Assembly (NCBI GenBank): GCA_965227405.1
Contig: OZ245758.1
Location: forward strand, 1,385,693-1,449,692
Reading direction: 5' to 3'
From: Polyangiales bacterium
GTDB taxonomy: Bacteria; Myxococcota_A; Polyangia; Polyangiales; Houyiibacteriaceae
DNA: 64,000 nucleotides
The position numbers were made by a program, and so were the translations under genes. Positions 47,012 to 56,565 of the stretch are shown here, piece by piece; within the stretch, counting starts at the first letter, position 1; each line of letters opens with the position of its first letter. The notes under the pieces were generated by a model that had not been told where the DNA came from, made no database searches, and saw only the letters and a list, made by a program, of their open reading frames with translations.

Positions 47012-48886
47012 GTGGGTTTGAGTGGAAAAGCCGCATGGTTCGGACTCGCAGCGCTGTTGGCGTGTGGCGGGCAGGATCCAGACATCCGTGCGGCGGACTT
47101 GGTGTTGAGACTGCCGCGCGTCGACGACTGCCAACCCACAGAAGAACCGACTGCGATCGTCGTGCAGGCCTTGGGTGATTTTCCACCCAGTGACGAGAAC
47201 ACCATCGACGTGTTGAGGCCCTCGACCGAGATCCAGATCATCGATCGTTTTCCATCGGACACCGAGATCATTGGTGTGCGAGTGATGGCTGGGAGTTGGA
47301 CCGGAATCGGCGCACGAATCCTTGGCGACGAAAGCGTGATGGGACCGCTTCTCTTGGTGCCCGAAGGTCGCTCGTGTCCACTCGTCGCGCTCGGCGATCT
47401 ACTCGATGAAGCCCAAGTCACATCACTGCCTAACGGCGGCTTGATCATGGTCGGTGGACTCGAGGGAAGCATCGGCACACCTCGGATCTTGCGCGTGCAC
47501 GCCGGCGAACGTGAGGGCGAAGTCCTCGCACCCGAACTGGCGATGCGTTTTGAACGCGTGGGGCATCGCCTGGTGAACTTGGGCGACCAAGTCTTGATTC
47601 TTGGGGGTGCGTTGAGCCTGATGGATACGGCGTTGGACGAGTGGGAAACCTACGACGTCACTCAGCAACGAGTGTTGGAGAACGTGGGTCAGATGCAGAG
47701 CCGGCGCATGCACCACGCTGCGGCGCGGTTGGCCGATGGGCGCGTTGTGGTCGCGGGCGGTCGAGCCCAGGGTACCGGTAATGCGACCGATACGGTCGAA
47801 GTGATCGACGTCGAAAGCGGAACCTCTAGCGAGGTCACTCCGCTTCAGGTCGCGCGAAGCGGACATCAGATGGTGACTCTCGATGACGGCACGACAGTCA
47901 TCGTGGGAGGGTTCAGCAACCCCGGTGCGTTTCTTCCGCAACCGGTGGTTTGGGATGCCGGCAACGAAGAGTTTGTGCAGCTCGACGACATCGGACTCGC
48001 GGTTGGACTGTGGCGCGAAGGCTTTCAGCTCGTCCCCATGGAAGGTGCGCGTGTCGTCGTGGTGGGCGACGCGGTGGGCGAGGCACCAGGAGGGCTTCGT
48101 ACTGCTGAAGCCGTCGTGCTGCGACACCCCGCGGGGCCTGATTTTGGTCCGCCTACGCTCGAGAAGGACAACTTGAACCTGCAGATCCCGGATTTGAGCA
48201 ACGTGCGCGGAGCGCAGCTGGATGACGGGCGACTGCTCGTGACCGGTCGAGACGCGTCCGGAAACCCGCGAGCGTTCGCGTTTCGGATCGGCGTGACCAA
48301 CGACGCAGGACAAACCATTGGTGAGGAGCTCGAGGCGTCTCCGCGTGTGCCGGATGCGCTTGTCGCGATGCGCGATGGATTGATCATGGAGCTTGCGGCC
48401 AACGGTGCGGCCGTGCGTCGAGAAGGACCGCTTCGGACGTCGTTGCACAACGCAGGAGCGACCGTGTTGGGCGAAGACCTCTCGTTGGATGGACCACTAC
48501 GTTGGGGCGAGCAGGCGGGTGAGTTGGTGGCGCAAGTGTTCGATGCGCGAGCGGATGTTCCAACCTTGCGCTTTGCGGACGTGGCGATCGAACTCAACGT
48601 GACTGACCTCGATGGCGGTGGAGTCGAGGTGTTGTTGCGACCCGAGCGGGGGCGACCTGTTGCGGTGTTTATTCGAAGCGATTCAGCAGGGCCGTCGCCG
48701 TGCGAAGCCGAGCGTGCGGAGGGAGCACCGGTGCGAATCGAGCGGCGAAGGAATCAACTTCGGATCGACGCGGGGAGCGAAGTTCGAACGTGTACAGTTG
48801 CGGGGCTGACCGGTCGGATTGGAGTGGGCTTTCGAGCGCAAGACGTGGATGCGCGGTTGAGTGGGATCTCAGTGGAGAGGCTCTAG
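47012..48886 (+). CDS. lipoprotein with Kelch-type beta-propeller repeats
   Basis: GTG start. Lipobox LLACGG. Kelch-like motifs HAAARLADGRVVVAGG and SGHQMVTLDDGTTVIVGG. Confidence 0.55.
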   Translation: MGLSGKAAWFGLAALLACGGQDPDIRAADLVLRLPRVDDCQPTEEPTAIVVQALGDFPPSDENTIDVLRPSTEIQIIDRFPSDTEIIGVRVMAGSWTGIGARILGDESVMGPLLLVPEGRSCPLVALGDLLDEAQVTSLPNGGLIMVGGLEGSIGTPRILRVHAGEREGEVLAPELAMRFERVGHRLVNLGDQVLILGGALSLMDTALDEWETYDVTQQRVLENVGQMQSRRMHHAAARLADGRVVVAGGRAQGTGNATDTVEVIDVESGTSSEVTPLQVARSGHQMVTLDDGTTVIVGGFSNPGAFLPQPVVWDAGNEEFVQLDDIGLAVGLWREGFQLVPMEGARVVVVGDAVGEAPGGLRTAEAVVLRHPAGPDFGPPTLEKDNLNLQIPDLSNVRGAQLDDGRLLVTGRDASGNPRAFAFRIGVTNDAGQTIGEELEASPRVPDALVAMRDGLIMELAANGAAVRREGPLRTSLHNAGATVLGEDLSLDGPLRWGEQAGELVAQVFDARADVPTLRFADVAIELNVTDLDGGGVEVLLRPERGRPVAVFIRSDSAGPSPCEAERAEGAPVRIERRRNQLRIDAGSEVRTCTVAGLTGRIGVGFRAQDVDARLSGISVERL

Positions 48887-49095
48887 ACGGGCGGGGTTAT
48901 TCAATTTTAGGGGAAGCTTCGAAGCCGCAAGACTCAAGCGCGCCGAGCGCGAAGCGCGAAATTTAGTCGGGTTCGATCGAGCGACCGCTGCTTGAGCTGG
49001 GGCGTGCACGACGCCGGGCATATCAAGAGAGGTCGGCAGAGAACACGACTGCAGGGAAGTTGCCGCCACACCCGTTGGGGCGATAGCTGTACTCC

Positions 49096-50034
49096 ATGCG
49101 CTTGCTCAAACGCGCCGTCACTCTCGCGCTCCTCGTGGGTATCGGTGTGCTCATCGCTCGCCGCGAAGGTTTCGCGACGATGGGCGAACACCTCCGCGAA
49201 CTCTCCTTCCCAGGACTGCTCCTCGCGCTCTTGATGCCCTTGGTCGCGGTCGGTGCATCCGTTCGTCGTTGGCAGCTCCTGCTTCAACACGAGTCGATCG
49301 CACTGCCCTACCCGACGCTCTTGCGTTCCTTTCTACGCGGTCGCTTCGTCGGTGCGTTCACGCCCTCCACCACAGGGCTCGACCTCTACCGCATTGTCGA
49401 CATTGGGAAGCGAACCGGACAACGCGCAGCGTCGGGTCGAAGCATTTTGATCGAGAAGCTCTATGGCCTGGTCGCCCTCGCGGTCGTGACCATGCTTCTG
49501 CTTCCCGTGGGACTTGCTCGGTTCTTCGGAACCACAGGCATCGTGGTCGCCGCGGGCATCGGAGTCGGATCCGTCGCGCTACTCGTACTGTTGGCACGAC
49601 CACGTTGGATCCCATTTCAGGGCAACGCCAAAGTCGCCAAACTCGTCGACGTGCTGACCACGCGTCCCATGGCGATAGGGCAACACGCGCGTGTTCTCGG
49701 ATTGGGTATCGTCAGCCACGGCGCAGCAGCGGCGACGTTCGTCGGGACCGGACTTGCGCTTCAAGTCGACGCGTCGGCATTCGATCTGATGGTCGTCGGA
49801 AACGCGATCGTGCTCGCGACTCTAGTTCCGATCAGCATTGGTGGAATTGGTGTGCGCGAAGGTACGGCCGTCGCGTTGCTCTCAACGTTGGCCGTCGAGC
49901 CTGGTCTCGCAGCACTTGTGGGCTTCCTTGGCTACGTGGTCATACAACCCCCAGCCCTTGCAGGCGGACTCTTGGCGCTCCGCGCACCTACGATTCCCAC
50001 GACCTCACCAGGCACGATCTCCGCGCCTGTCTGA
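49096..50034 (+). CDS. lysylphosphatidylglycerol-synthase-TM-domain (UPF0104/flippase-like) family membrane protein
   Basis: Eight predicted TM helices with the typical pattern (SVRRWQLLL; GRFVGAFTPSTTGLDLYRI; IGGIGVREG). Confidence 0.55.
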   Translation: MRLLKRAVTLALLVGIGVLIARREGFATMGEHLRELSFPGLLLALLMPLVAVGASVRRWQLLLQHESIALPYPTLLRSFLRGRFVGAFTPSTTGLDLYRIVDIGKRTGQRAASGRSILIEKLYGLVALAVVTMLLLPVGLARFFGTTGIVVAAGIGVGSVALLVLLARPRWIPFQGNAKVAKLVDVLTTRPMAIGQHARVLGLGIVSHGAAAATFVGTGLALQVDASAFDLMVVGNAIVLATLVPISIGGIGVREGTAVALLSTLAVEPGLAALVGFLGYVVIQPPALAGGLLALRAPTIPTTSPGTISAPV

Positions 50035-50049
50035 GCCACAAATGGGGGT

Positions 50050-51075
50050 TCAGGCGATCATTCGCACTGCGTCTTCGACGTCGAGTTTGCTTCCGATGTA
50101 CAGCGGGGTTCGCTGGTGCAGCTCGGTTGGTTCGATGTCGAGAATCGCGCGCTTCCCGTCGGAGGCTTCGCCGCCTGCGGCTTCACACACAAACGCCAAG
50201 GGCGACGCTTCGTAGAGCAAGCGAAGTTTGCCCTGCAGGTTCTTCTGGTCCGAGGGATACGCAAAGATCCCACCGCGCAACAGGGTTCGGTGAAAGTCTG
50301 CGACCATCGCGCCGATATAACGCAGCCGATACGCGCCAGTTCCTTCGTCAGGGTTCTTGATCCAATCGACCCAACCACGAACGCCGGCATCCCACTTGTG
50401 ATAGTTGCCTTCGTTGATCGAGTAGGTCTTGCCACGTTCCGGAATCCGAATGTTCTCGTGGCTCAAGAAGAACTCACCGATCGCCGGATCCAACGTAAAG
50501 CCGTGCACACCATCACCGGTGGAGTACACGAACATGTTGGACGAACCGTAGATCACGTAGCCCGCGGCCACGATGTCCTTCCCCGGCTGTAGGCAATCGG
50601 CAACTGTGCCCGGCCCCGACGGCGTCTTACGCTTGTGAATCGAAAAGATGGTTCCAATCGACGCGTTGATATCGATGTTGCCCGACCCGTCGAGCGGATC
50701 AAACTGCAGCACGTACTTGCCTTGCGGGTACTGCGGGGGAACCAAAATCGGTTGCTCGATCTCTTCGCTGCCCATCACACACACGTGGCCGCCCTGCTGA
50801 ACGCAACTGACGATCGTGTCGTTGGCAAAGATGTCGAGCTTCTGAACCTCTTCACCCTGAACGTTGACCTGGCCGGTCAACCCCAAGATGTTCGCCAGTC
50901 CAGCTTTGCTGACCTGACTGCTGATGATCTTTGCGGCCAACGAGAGTTGGTGAAAGAGACCCGTGAAGTCACCCGTCGCGCCGCTCGCATTGCGCTGCCG
51001 ATCCAGCAAATGCTGCTCGAGCGTTTGCCCGTAGAACGTGGGACCGGAGGGACCAATCGAAAGGTGTTCAACCAC
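50050..51075 (-). CDS. fbp: fructose-1,6-bisphosphatase class I
   Basis: Metal-binding motif DPLDGSGNIDIN. Also GEEVQKLD, YRLRYIGAMVADFHRTLL, and full-length similarity to class I FBPase. Confidence 0.95.
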   Translation of the reverse strand: MVEHLSIGPSGPTFYGQTLEQHLLDRQRNASGATGDFTGLFHQLSLAAKIISSQVSKAGLANILGLTGQVNVQGEEVQKLDIFANDTIVSCVQQGGHVCVMGSEEIEQPILVPPQYPQGKYVLQFDPLDGSGNIDINASIGTIFSIHKRKTPSGPGTVADCLQPGKDIVAAGYVIYGSSNMFVYSTGDGVHGFTLDPAIGEFFLSHENIRIPERGKTYSINEGNYHKWDAGVRGWVDWIKNPDEGTGAYRLRYIGAMVADFHRTLLRGGIFAYPSDQKNLQGKLRLLYEASPLAFVCEAAGGEASDGKRAILDIEPTELHQRTPLYIGSKLDVEDAVRMIA

Positions 51076-51137
51076 GGTCGGGACCTAGCACACCCAAAAC
51101 GCGCTAGCTTCTTCTTCAGCAATATCCGACCGTTGGC

Positions 51138-51665
51138 GTGCCGATGAACCGAATCGCCCTGCCGCTGATGGTCGCGACGTTGATCACCTCGACGGCGTAC
51201 GCCGAGCCCACCGAAAGGGATCAACTGGTCTTCGCCGACCTGAGCTTGGGCGTGATCAGCGCCGGGTTCGAACAAGTCTTCGCGGACCGCGTCGGAGTGA
51301 GCGCAGCAGTCGGCGTGTACGGACCTTGGTACGTGGATCGACCCGTCAACATCCTCGCCTACAACCTCGAACTCCGGGTGTTCTGGTATCCGCTCGGAAC
51401 CGAGTCTCGCGCCACGCTCTACGTGTCGCCTGGCTTTCGTATCGGCCGAGCACGCGCTGACGACGAAGGCACAACACTACGCGGAGTGTCGTACGCACCA
51501 CGGCTAACGCTGGGCGGACACTTTCGGTTCGGACACTTTTTCTTCCGACTCGGCGCCGGCATCCAGCACCACAACGTCGACCTCGACAACCGACCCACGG
51601 GCGAGTCCGTCGACATTCACGGCGTCTACCCGGCCGTGGACATCTACGTCGGTGCTGCGTTGTAA
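51138..51665 (+). CDS. hypothetical secreted protein, probable small outer-membrane beta-barrel (paralog-like of 11000-11554)
   Basis: Signal peptide IALPLMVATLITSTAYA. Aromatic-rich alternating segments. Confidence 0.5.
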   Translation: MPMNRIALPLMVATLITSTAYAEPTERDQLVFADLSLGVISAGFEQVFADRVGVSAAVGVYGPWYVDRPVNILAYNLELRVFWYPLGTESRATLYVSPGFRIGRARADDEGTTLRGVSYAPRLTLGGHFRFGHFFFRLGAGIQHHNVDLDNRPTGESVDIHGVYPAVDIYVGAAL

Positions 51666-51692
51666 CCACCTCACCCAACCGCGTACCAAGGT

Positions 51693-51864
51693 GTTAACTT
51701 TGGGGACAGGTTAACTATTTAACCCACCCTCGATCTCCAAGTATCTGAGATCAGTGATCCCGGAAGCCAGACCGACGTCTTTTCCCAGGTCCGTCGCAAA
51801 ACGTGTTTTCGGGCACTTAGAGATCGAGGGTGGGTTAAATAGTTAACCTGTCCCCAAAGTTAAC
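51693..51864. repeat. 172-bp AT-rich element with perfect 45-bp terminal inverted repeats flanking an 82-bp core (MITE-like / large palindromic hairpin)
   Basis: Left arm 51693-51737 GTTAACTTTGGGGACAGGTTAACTATTTAACCCACCCTCGATCTC is the exact reverse complement of right arm 51820-51864. The arms begin and end with GTTAAC. Local GC is far below the surrounding genome. It sits between two convergent genes. Confidence 0.9.
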
Positions 51865-51879
51865 CCCCGAATGAGAGCC

Positions 51880-52476
51880 TCAGGCTTTACACGTCGTGTC
51901 GGTTTCTTTGGCGTCACGGCGCATCCAGACAAAGTCTCGAAACGCTTCTTCGGTACCCAGACCCAAGAAGGTGCTGTCGTCGCCCGCAGCAATTGCTGGT
52001 AGCCGCTCGTCAAAGGGACCGTCTCGCCACTCTCGGGTCCAGGTGTGCAGCAACTCCGCTGGCGACGCAGAGAGTTCAACACCGACATCCGAAGCGAGTG
52101 AGTTCACAACAGTAGGATCCGAGATGTCTCTGCCCTGAACCCAAAGCGCTCGGTACAACGCTCGACGAAGTCGTCGCGCCAAGTCCGGCGACTGCGACCT
52201 TGCGTCGATGATGGCCAACGTACCCAAATAGGAACTGGGTCGTATCTCGGGATTCACCACGTCGAGGTCAGGTTCACGCGCCCGAAGTCGCTCAACCTCC
52301 TCCCGAACCATCTCGGTTTCTCGAGGTGAAGTCTGAACCTTCTCGCGCCTCAAATCAGGCAAGTGCTCGATACCGCGCCACTCGATGAGATGCTCGAATC
52401 CCAAACGATGAATGCGCTCACTTTGGGCGTAGCAAAACGGGCAATTCAGGTCGCCGTAGAAGAGCAGGGTCTGCAC
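51880..52476 (-). CDS. DsbA-like thioredoxin-fold protein (CPFC active-site motif)
   Basis: LLFYGDLNCPFCYAQ is a CxxC in the DsbA/thioredoxin-fold context. Confidence 0.6.
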   Translation of the reverse strand: MQTLLFYGDLNCPFCYAQSERIHRLGFEHLIEWRGIEHLPDLRREKVQTSPRETEMVREEVERLRAREPDLDVVNPEIRPSSYLGTLAIIDARSQSPDLARRLRRALYRALWVQGRDISDPTVVNSLASDVGVELSASPAELLHTWTREWRDGPFDERLPAIAAGDDSTFLGLGTEEAFRDFVWMRRDAKETDTTCKA

Positions 52477-52558
52477 CGGCCGGATAGTCGGATGGCAAAG
52501 CCCAATTTCCTAGGCGATTAACAACTTGACACTCAGTGCCACTTTGCTAGATCAGAGC

Positions 52559-53980
52559 ATGGCCAAAGCTCTTCCTCGTGAAGGCCTCCCGCAAGAGGAG
52601 GTCATCCGCGCGCTCGACGCACTCAAGAACGACGACCTGCCCGTCGATGACGGCAAAGCGTGGGGCTACGTGTACCACGCAGGTCCGGAAGTCGCGGCGT
52701 TGCAGAAGCACGCGGTCACCGCGTTCATGAGCAAGAACGGTCTCGACCCCACGGCGTTCCCCAGCTTGGAAAAGTTGGAGAACGAAGTCCTCGACTGGTG
52801 CATCGACCACCTTCACGGCGACGACAAAGCCTGCGGAAGCTTCACCAGCGGTGGCACGGAAAGCTGCATGCTTTCGATCAAAGCCGCGCGCGATTACGCG
52901 AAGGTCGAAGGCACGCCCGAGATCATTCTCCCCACCACGGTCCACGCCGCGTTCCACAAGGGAGCGAAGTACTTCGGCTGTAAGGTCGTTCCGATTCCGG
53001 TCGACTCTGAAACGTTCAAGGCAGACCTCAACGCGCTACGCGAAGCGATCACCGACCAGACGGTACTGATCGTGGGTTCCGCCGCCGGGTACGCCCACGG
53101 CGTCATCGACCCGATCGAAGAGATGGCAGCCATCGCACAAGAGCACAACATCCTGATGCACGTCGACGGGTGCGTCGGGGCGTTTGTACTCAACCTCTTT
53201 GAAGAGCTGGGCGAAGACATTCCCAAGTTCGACTTCCGCGTGCCGGGTGTCACCTCGATCTCGATGGATCTGCACAAGTACGGTTTTGCACCCAAAGGCT
53301 CGTCGGTGCTCCTGCATCGCGATCCTGCGGTGCGCCGTGCGCAGTACTTCGCGTGCGCGTCGTGGTCGGGCTACTCAGTGGTCAACGCGACGATGCAAAG
53401 CACCAAGTCGGGTGGCCCGCTCGCAGGTGCGTGGGCGGTGATGCGCTATCTCGGCCGCGAGGGCTATCTCAAGCTCGCCAAAGGCATGCTCGATGCCCAA
53501 AAGCAGCTGCTGACCACCATCGAAACGATCGATGGGCTGCGCATTCTTGGCAAACCCAGCATGGGACTGATCGCGATTGCGTCCGAGACGGTGGATGTAT
53601 TCGCGCTTGCAGACGAACTGGGACGCAAGGGTTGGTTCGTCGTGCCGCAGCTTTCATTTGGCAACAGCCCTCGCAATCTTCACCTGCAGGTCGAGCCGGG
53701 CAACGTGCCCAAGACCGCCGACTTCTTGAAGGACCTGCGCGCCGCTGCGAAGCATGTGCAGGACAACCCGCCGGCAGCGCTGCCCAAGCCCTTGCAGCAA
53801 ATGGCGCAGGTTCTGACGCCAGAGATGGTGCAGACCAACTACAAGGAACTGATGGCGATGGCCGGTGCCGGCGGCGGCATCCCGAAGGAGCGCACGCAGA
53901 TCAACCAGATCCTCGACGCGCTGACACCGCAAGCGAAGGAAGCACTGTTGATCGAGTTCATCGGCGAGATGTTCTCCTAG
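52559..53980 (+). CDS. PLP-dependent group II decarboxylase-fold enzyme, sphingosine-1-phosphate lyase-like
   Basis: PLP-lysine region SMDLHKYGFAPKGSSVLL (compare SPL xDxHKYGxAPKGSSV); GGTESCMLSIKAARD; MHVDGCVGAF. The ORF is open from the TTG at 52526, but that TTG forms a TTGACA -35-like hexamer, so ATG 52559 is preferred. Confidence 0.75.
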   Translation: MAKALPREGLPQEEVIRALDALKNDDLPVDDGKAWGYVYHAGPEVAALQKHAVTAFMSKNGLDPTAFPSLEKLENEVLDWCIDHLHGDDKACGSFTSGGTESCMLSIKAARDYAKVEGTPEIILPTTVHAAFHKGAKYFGCKVVPIPVDSETFKADLNALREAITDQTVLIVGSAAGYAHGVIDPIEEMAAIAQEHNILMHVDGCVGAFVLNLFEELGEDIPKFDFRVPGVTSISMDLHKYGFAPKGSSVLLHRDPAVRRAQYFACASWSGYSVVNATMQSTKSGGPLAGAWAVMRYLGREGYLKLAKGMLDAQKQLLTTIETIDGLRILGKPSMGLIAIASETVDVFALADELGRKGWFVVPQLSFGNSPRNLHLQVEPGNVPKTADFLKDLRAAAKHVQDNPPAALPKPLQQMAQVLTPEMVQTNYKELMAMAGAGGGIPKERTQINQILDALTPQAKEALLIEFIGEMFS

Positions 53981-53982
53981 TC

Positions 53983-55515
53983 ATGCTTCGGATCGCCTAC
54001 GCCCGCTTCAACCAAGAGACGAACGCGTTCTCCACGCTGACCACAACGCTCGCGGACTTTGAGAAACAACACTATCTCGAAGGCGCTGCGTTGTCCGATG
54101 CGTGTCGACCGCTGACTTCGGAAGCACCAGGTCTGACGCCGATCGGCGAACTGACTGGATTCACGTGGGCGTTGCGCAACGAACCGGTGGAGCTGGTTCC
54201 GCTGATGAGCGTGTGGACGCTTCCCAGCGGGCCCGTCGAGAAAGCCACGTTCGATACACTGGTCGAACGACTGCGCGAGTCACTGCGCGCAGCAGGTCCA
54301 CTCGATGGTGTGTACCTCGCGTTGCATGGCTCGATGCGAGCCGAGGGATACGACGAACCTGAAGAGGAAATCCTTCGCGCCGTTCGCAGCATCATCGGCG
54401 ACCGACCGCTTGCCGTGAGCTACGACCTTCATGGCTTGATGACGCCGGGCAAAGTCGAGATCCCCGATATCGTCACCGCGTATCGAACCAACCCGCATCG
54501 CGACCTTCCTCAGATTGGCGCGCGCACAGCACGACTGCTCTTGCGCACCATCCGAGGCGAGATTCGTCCACGGGTTGCATGGCGAACATTGCCCATGGCG
54601 ATGGGCGGCGGGATGGAAGTCGATTTCCTCGAACCCATGCGGTCGATCTTCGCGCGTATGAAGCGCATGGAAGAAGACCCGAAGCTGCTCTTCCCGTCGT
54701 TGTTTATGGTGCACCCCTTCTCCGACTCGAAGCGTTTGGGGTGGAGCACCATTGCGATGACGGATGGCGACAACGATTTGGCCGAACGCGTGGCCGAGGA
54801 TCTCGCCGACGCGTGTTGGGCGGTCAAAGATGTGCCGACACCTGCCCTGAAAGGTCCGCAAGAGGGCATCGAAGAGGCGCGAAAAGCACGCTGGGCTCGC
54901 CGCACAGGCGCTGTCTTCGTGACGGACATCAGCGACGTTGTCGGAGCGGGTGGCGTGGGCGACAACCCCAACCTGCTGCGAGAGCTTCGCGATCATGCGA
55001 CCGACTTGGTGTCGTACGTCCCGATTCGCGATCCCAAGGCAGTTCAACGGATGTGGGGCCACTCCAAGGGCTCACGCGTGACCGTAAAGCTGGGTGCGAT
55101 GTTCACCCCGCATCTCGGTACTCCGTGTGAAGTGAGCGGTCGTGTGGGTGAGCGTCGGGATCATCCCAAGACCGGTCGAGCGATTGTGCTCGACGCGGGT
55201 CACTTGAAAATCGTGGTCACCGAAGGTGCGCCATTTGGGATCTATCCGAGTTTCTTTGGTGGGTTGGGTCTGCCCTTGCGCAAGGCCGACATCATCGTGG
55301 TGAAGAGCTTCTTCCACTTTCGGATTGCTCACGTGCCTTGGGTGCGAAAGCACATCGGCATCAAGACGCGCGGAACCACCGACATCGATCTCTACGAAAC
55401 GATCCGGCACGACGCGCCGATCCATCCACGCGATCAAGTGTCGGATTGGCGAGCAACGGACGCGATGCGCCGAAAGGGCTCTGTGACGACGACGCGAGGC
55501 GCCCGCCTCCGCTAG
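53983..55515 (+). CDS. MlrC-family (M81) metallopeptidase / microcystinase-C-like protein (DUF1485 + MlrC C-terminal domains)
   Basis: N-terminus MLRIAYARFNQETNAFS matches the MlrC-family start. Length about 510 aa. The upstream ORF extension (53353-53982) overlaps the previous gene and is non-coding. Confidence 0.75.
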   Translation: MLRIAYARFNQETNAFSTLTTTLADFEKQHYLEGAALSDACRPLTSEAPGLTPIGELTGFTWALRNEPVELVPLMSVWTLPSGPVEKATFDTLVERLRESLRAAGPLDGVYLALHGSMRAEGYDEPEEEILRAVRSIIGDRPLAVSYDLHGLMTPGKVEIPDIVTAYRTNPHRDLPQIGARTARLLLRTIRGEIRPRVAWRTLPMAMGGGMEVDFLEPMRSIFARMKRMEEDPKLLFPSLFMVHPFSDSKRLGWSTIAMTDGDNDLAERVAEDLADACWAVKDVPTPALKGPQEGIEEARKARWARRTGAVFVTDISDVVGAGGVGDNPNLLRELRDHATDLVSYVPIRDPKAVQRMWGHSKGSRVTVKLGAMFTPHLGTPCEVSGRVGERRDHPKTGRAIVLDAGHLKIVVTEGAPFGIYPSFFGGLGLPLRKADIIVVKSFFHFRIAHVPWVRKHIGIKTRGTTDIDLYETIRHDAPIHPRDQVSDWRATDAMRRKGSVTTTRGARLR

Positions 55516-56565
55516 CTAGCGATCTGCACAACACCGAAACCCGGTGCTGTAGTCCGAGTACGCGGTGTTGTGCGCGGTCGTTCGATACAGACAGCCGTTT
55601 CCGTTCCGGACCGTGTCGACGTAGAACCCGCCGCGAAACGTTCCACTGGGATCGGCAGTCCACTCGTGCAAGTTGCCCATCATGTCGAACGCGCCTTCTT
55701 CCGTGGTGCATCCGGGATGGTCACCCGCCAAAGCAAGACCCTCATCGAGTTGGTTCAAACACGGATGGCCAAGCATCGAAAACACCGAATCGTCCGACGA
55801 CATGAAGTACTCGACCGCAGGGTGCACAGCGCGAGCGTCGTTGCACACGCCGTCCATTCGCGTGTTGCCGTAGGGATAGGTTCGACCGGTTGAGCCTTGG
55901 CAGGCGCGCAACCATTCGGCATCGGTGCACAAACGTTTGCCCGCTCGCGTGCACGCCGCGCCTGCTTGCGCACCACTGATGTAACCCTGCGGCACAGCAC
56001 CCGCGATCGAGACAGCACGCACGACTGCGCTTCCAGGATTGAAGTACGGCGAAACCGGTGCGCCCGTCGCATCGTCGACCAAGCTCGCTTCGTACCGGTC
56101 TACGCAGAAGGTGCTGACGGGAATCATCCCGCTGGGACATCCACCCATCCCTGCCGCTTCGCTGAGTCCGGTGTTCGGCTGCGGCATCGCATCCGGATCG
56201 CACGCCAACATTCCACCATCGGTCATCGGCGTCGTCGTGCAGCACTGAATGTTGGCCGGTCCTGGACAGAACCCGGGCGTGCTCATGCCCGTGCACTCCG
56301 ACACGTCGAGGCACAAGCCCGACATCCCACTCACTGTGCAGGGAGCACCGGCGTCACCCACGAACCCACCATCAAAGCCGCCGTCAAACGCCGCATCGAA
56401 GCTGGCGTCGAAGGCTGGGGCGTCCATGGGCGCATCGATTCCTGGAACATCCATCAACGACGCGTCGCGTCCTGCGTCTCCACGCGCATCGATGACGACC
56501 GGATCGTCACCGCACGCGATCAACGCGTACAGAAGAAGCCAATACGATCGTCGATGTAGTCGCAT
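55516..56565 (-). CDS. secreted FGE-sulfatase (SUMF1/formylglycine-generating-enzyme-like) domain protein
   Basis: Lipoprotein-like signal MRLHRRSYWLLLYALIACG. FGE motifs RLCTDAEWLRAC, MMGNLHEWTAD, FRGGFY, GFRCC. The 5' end overlaps the upstream protease gene by about 46 nt. Confidence 0.7.
   Translation of the reverse strand: MRLHRRSYWLLLYALIACGDDPVVIDARGDAGRDASLMDVPGIDAPMDAPAFDASFDAAFDGGFDGGFVGDAGAPCTVSGMSGLCLDVSECTGMSTPGFCPGPANIQCCTTTPMTDGGMLACDPDAMPQPNTGLSEAAGMGGCPSGMIPVSTFCVDRYEASLVDDATGAPVSPYFNPGSAVVRAVSIAGAVPQGYISGAQAGAACTRAGKRLCTDAEWLRACQGSTGRTYPYGNTRMDGVCNDARAVHPAVEYFMSSDDSVFSMLGHPCLNQLDEGLALAGDHPGCTTEEGAFDMMGNLHEWTADPSGTFRGGFYVDTVRNGNGCLYRTTAHNTAYSDYSTGFRCCADR

Noticed and set aside
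47423-48448. 341-aa minus-strand ORF
   Set aside because: Antisense to the Kelch-repeat lipoprotein gene.
50058-51075. Alternative reading frames within fbp (125-aa and 158-aa ORFs)
   Set aside because: FBPase homology is full-length in the annotated frame; the others are internal shadow ORFs.
52501-52560. Possible riboswitch or ncRNA upstream of the SPL-like gene
   Set aside because: Only a promoter-like TTGACA/TAGATC pair was seen, with no conserved riboswitch core sequences. Too short for a structured leader.
53353-53982. N-terminal 210-aa extension of the MlrC ORF
   Set aside because: Overlaps the 3' half of the SPL-like gene in another frame. MlrC-family N-terminus (MLRIAYARFNQETNAFS) starts at ATG 53983.
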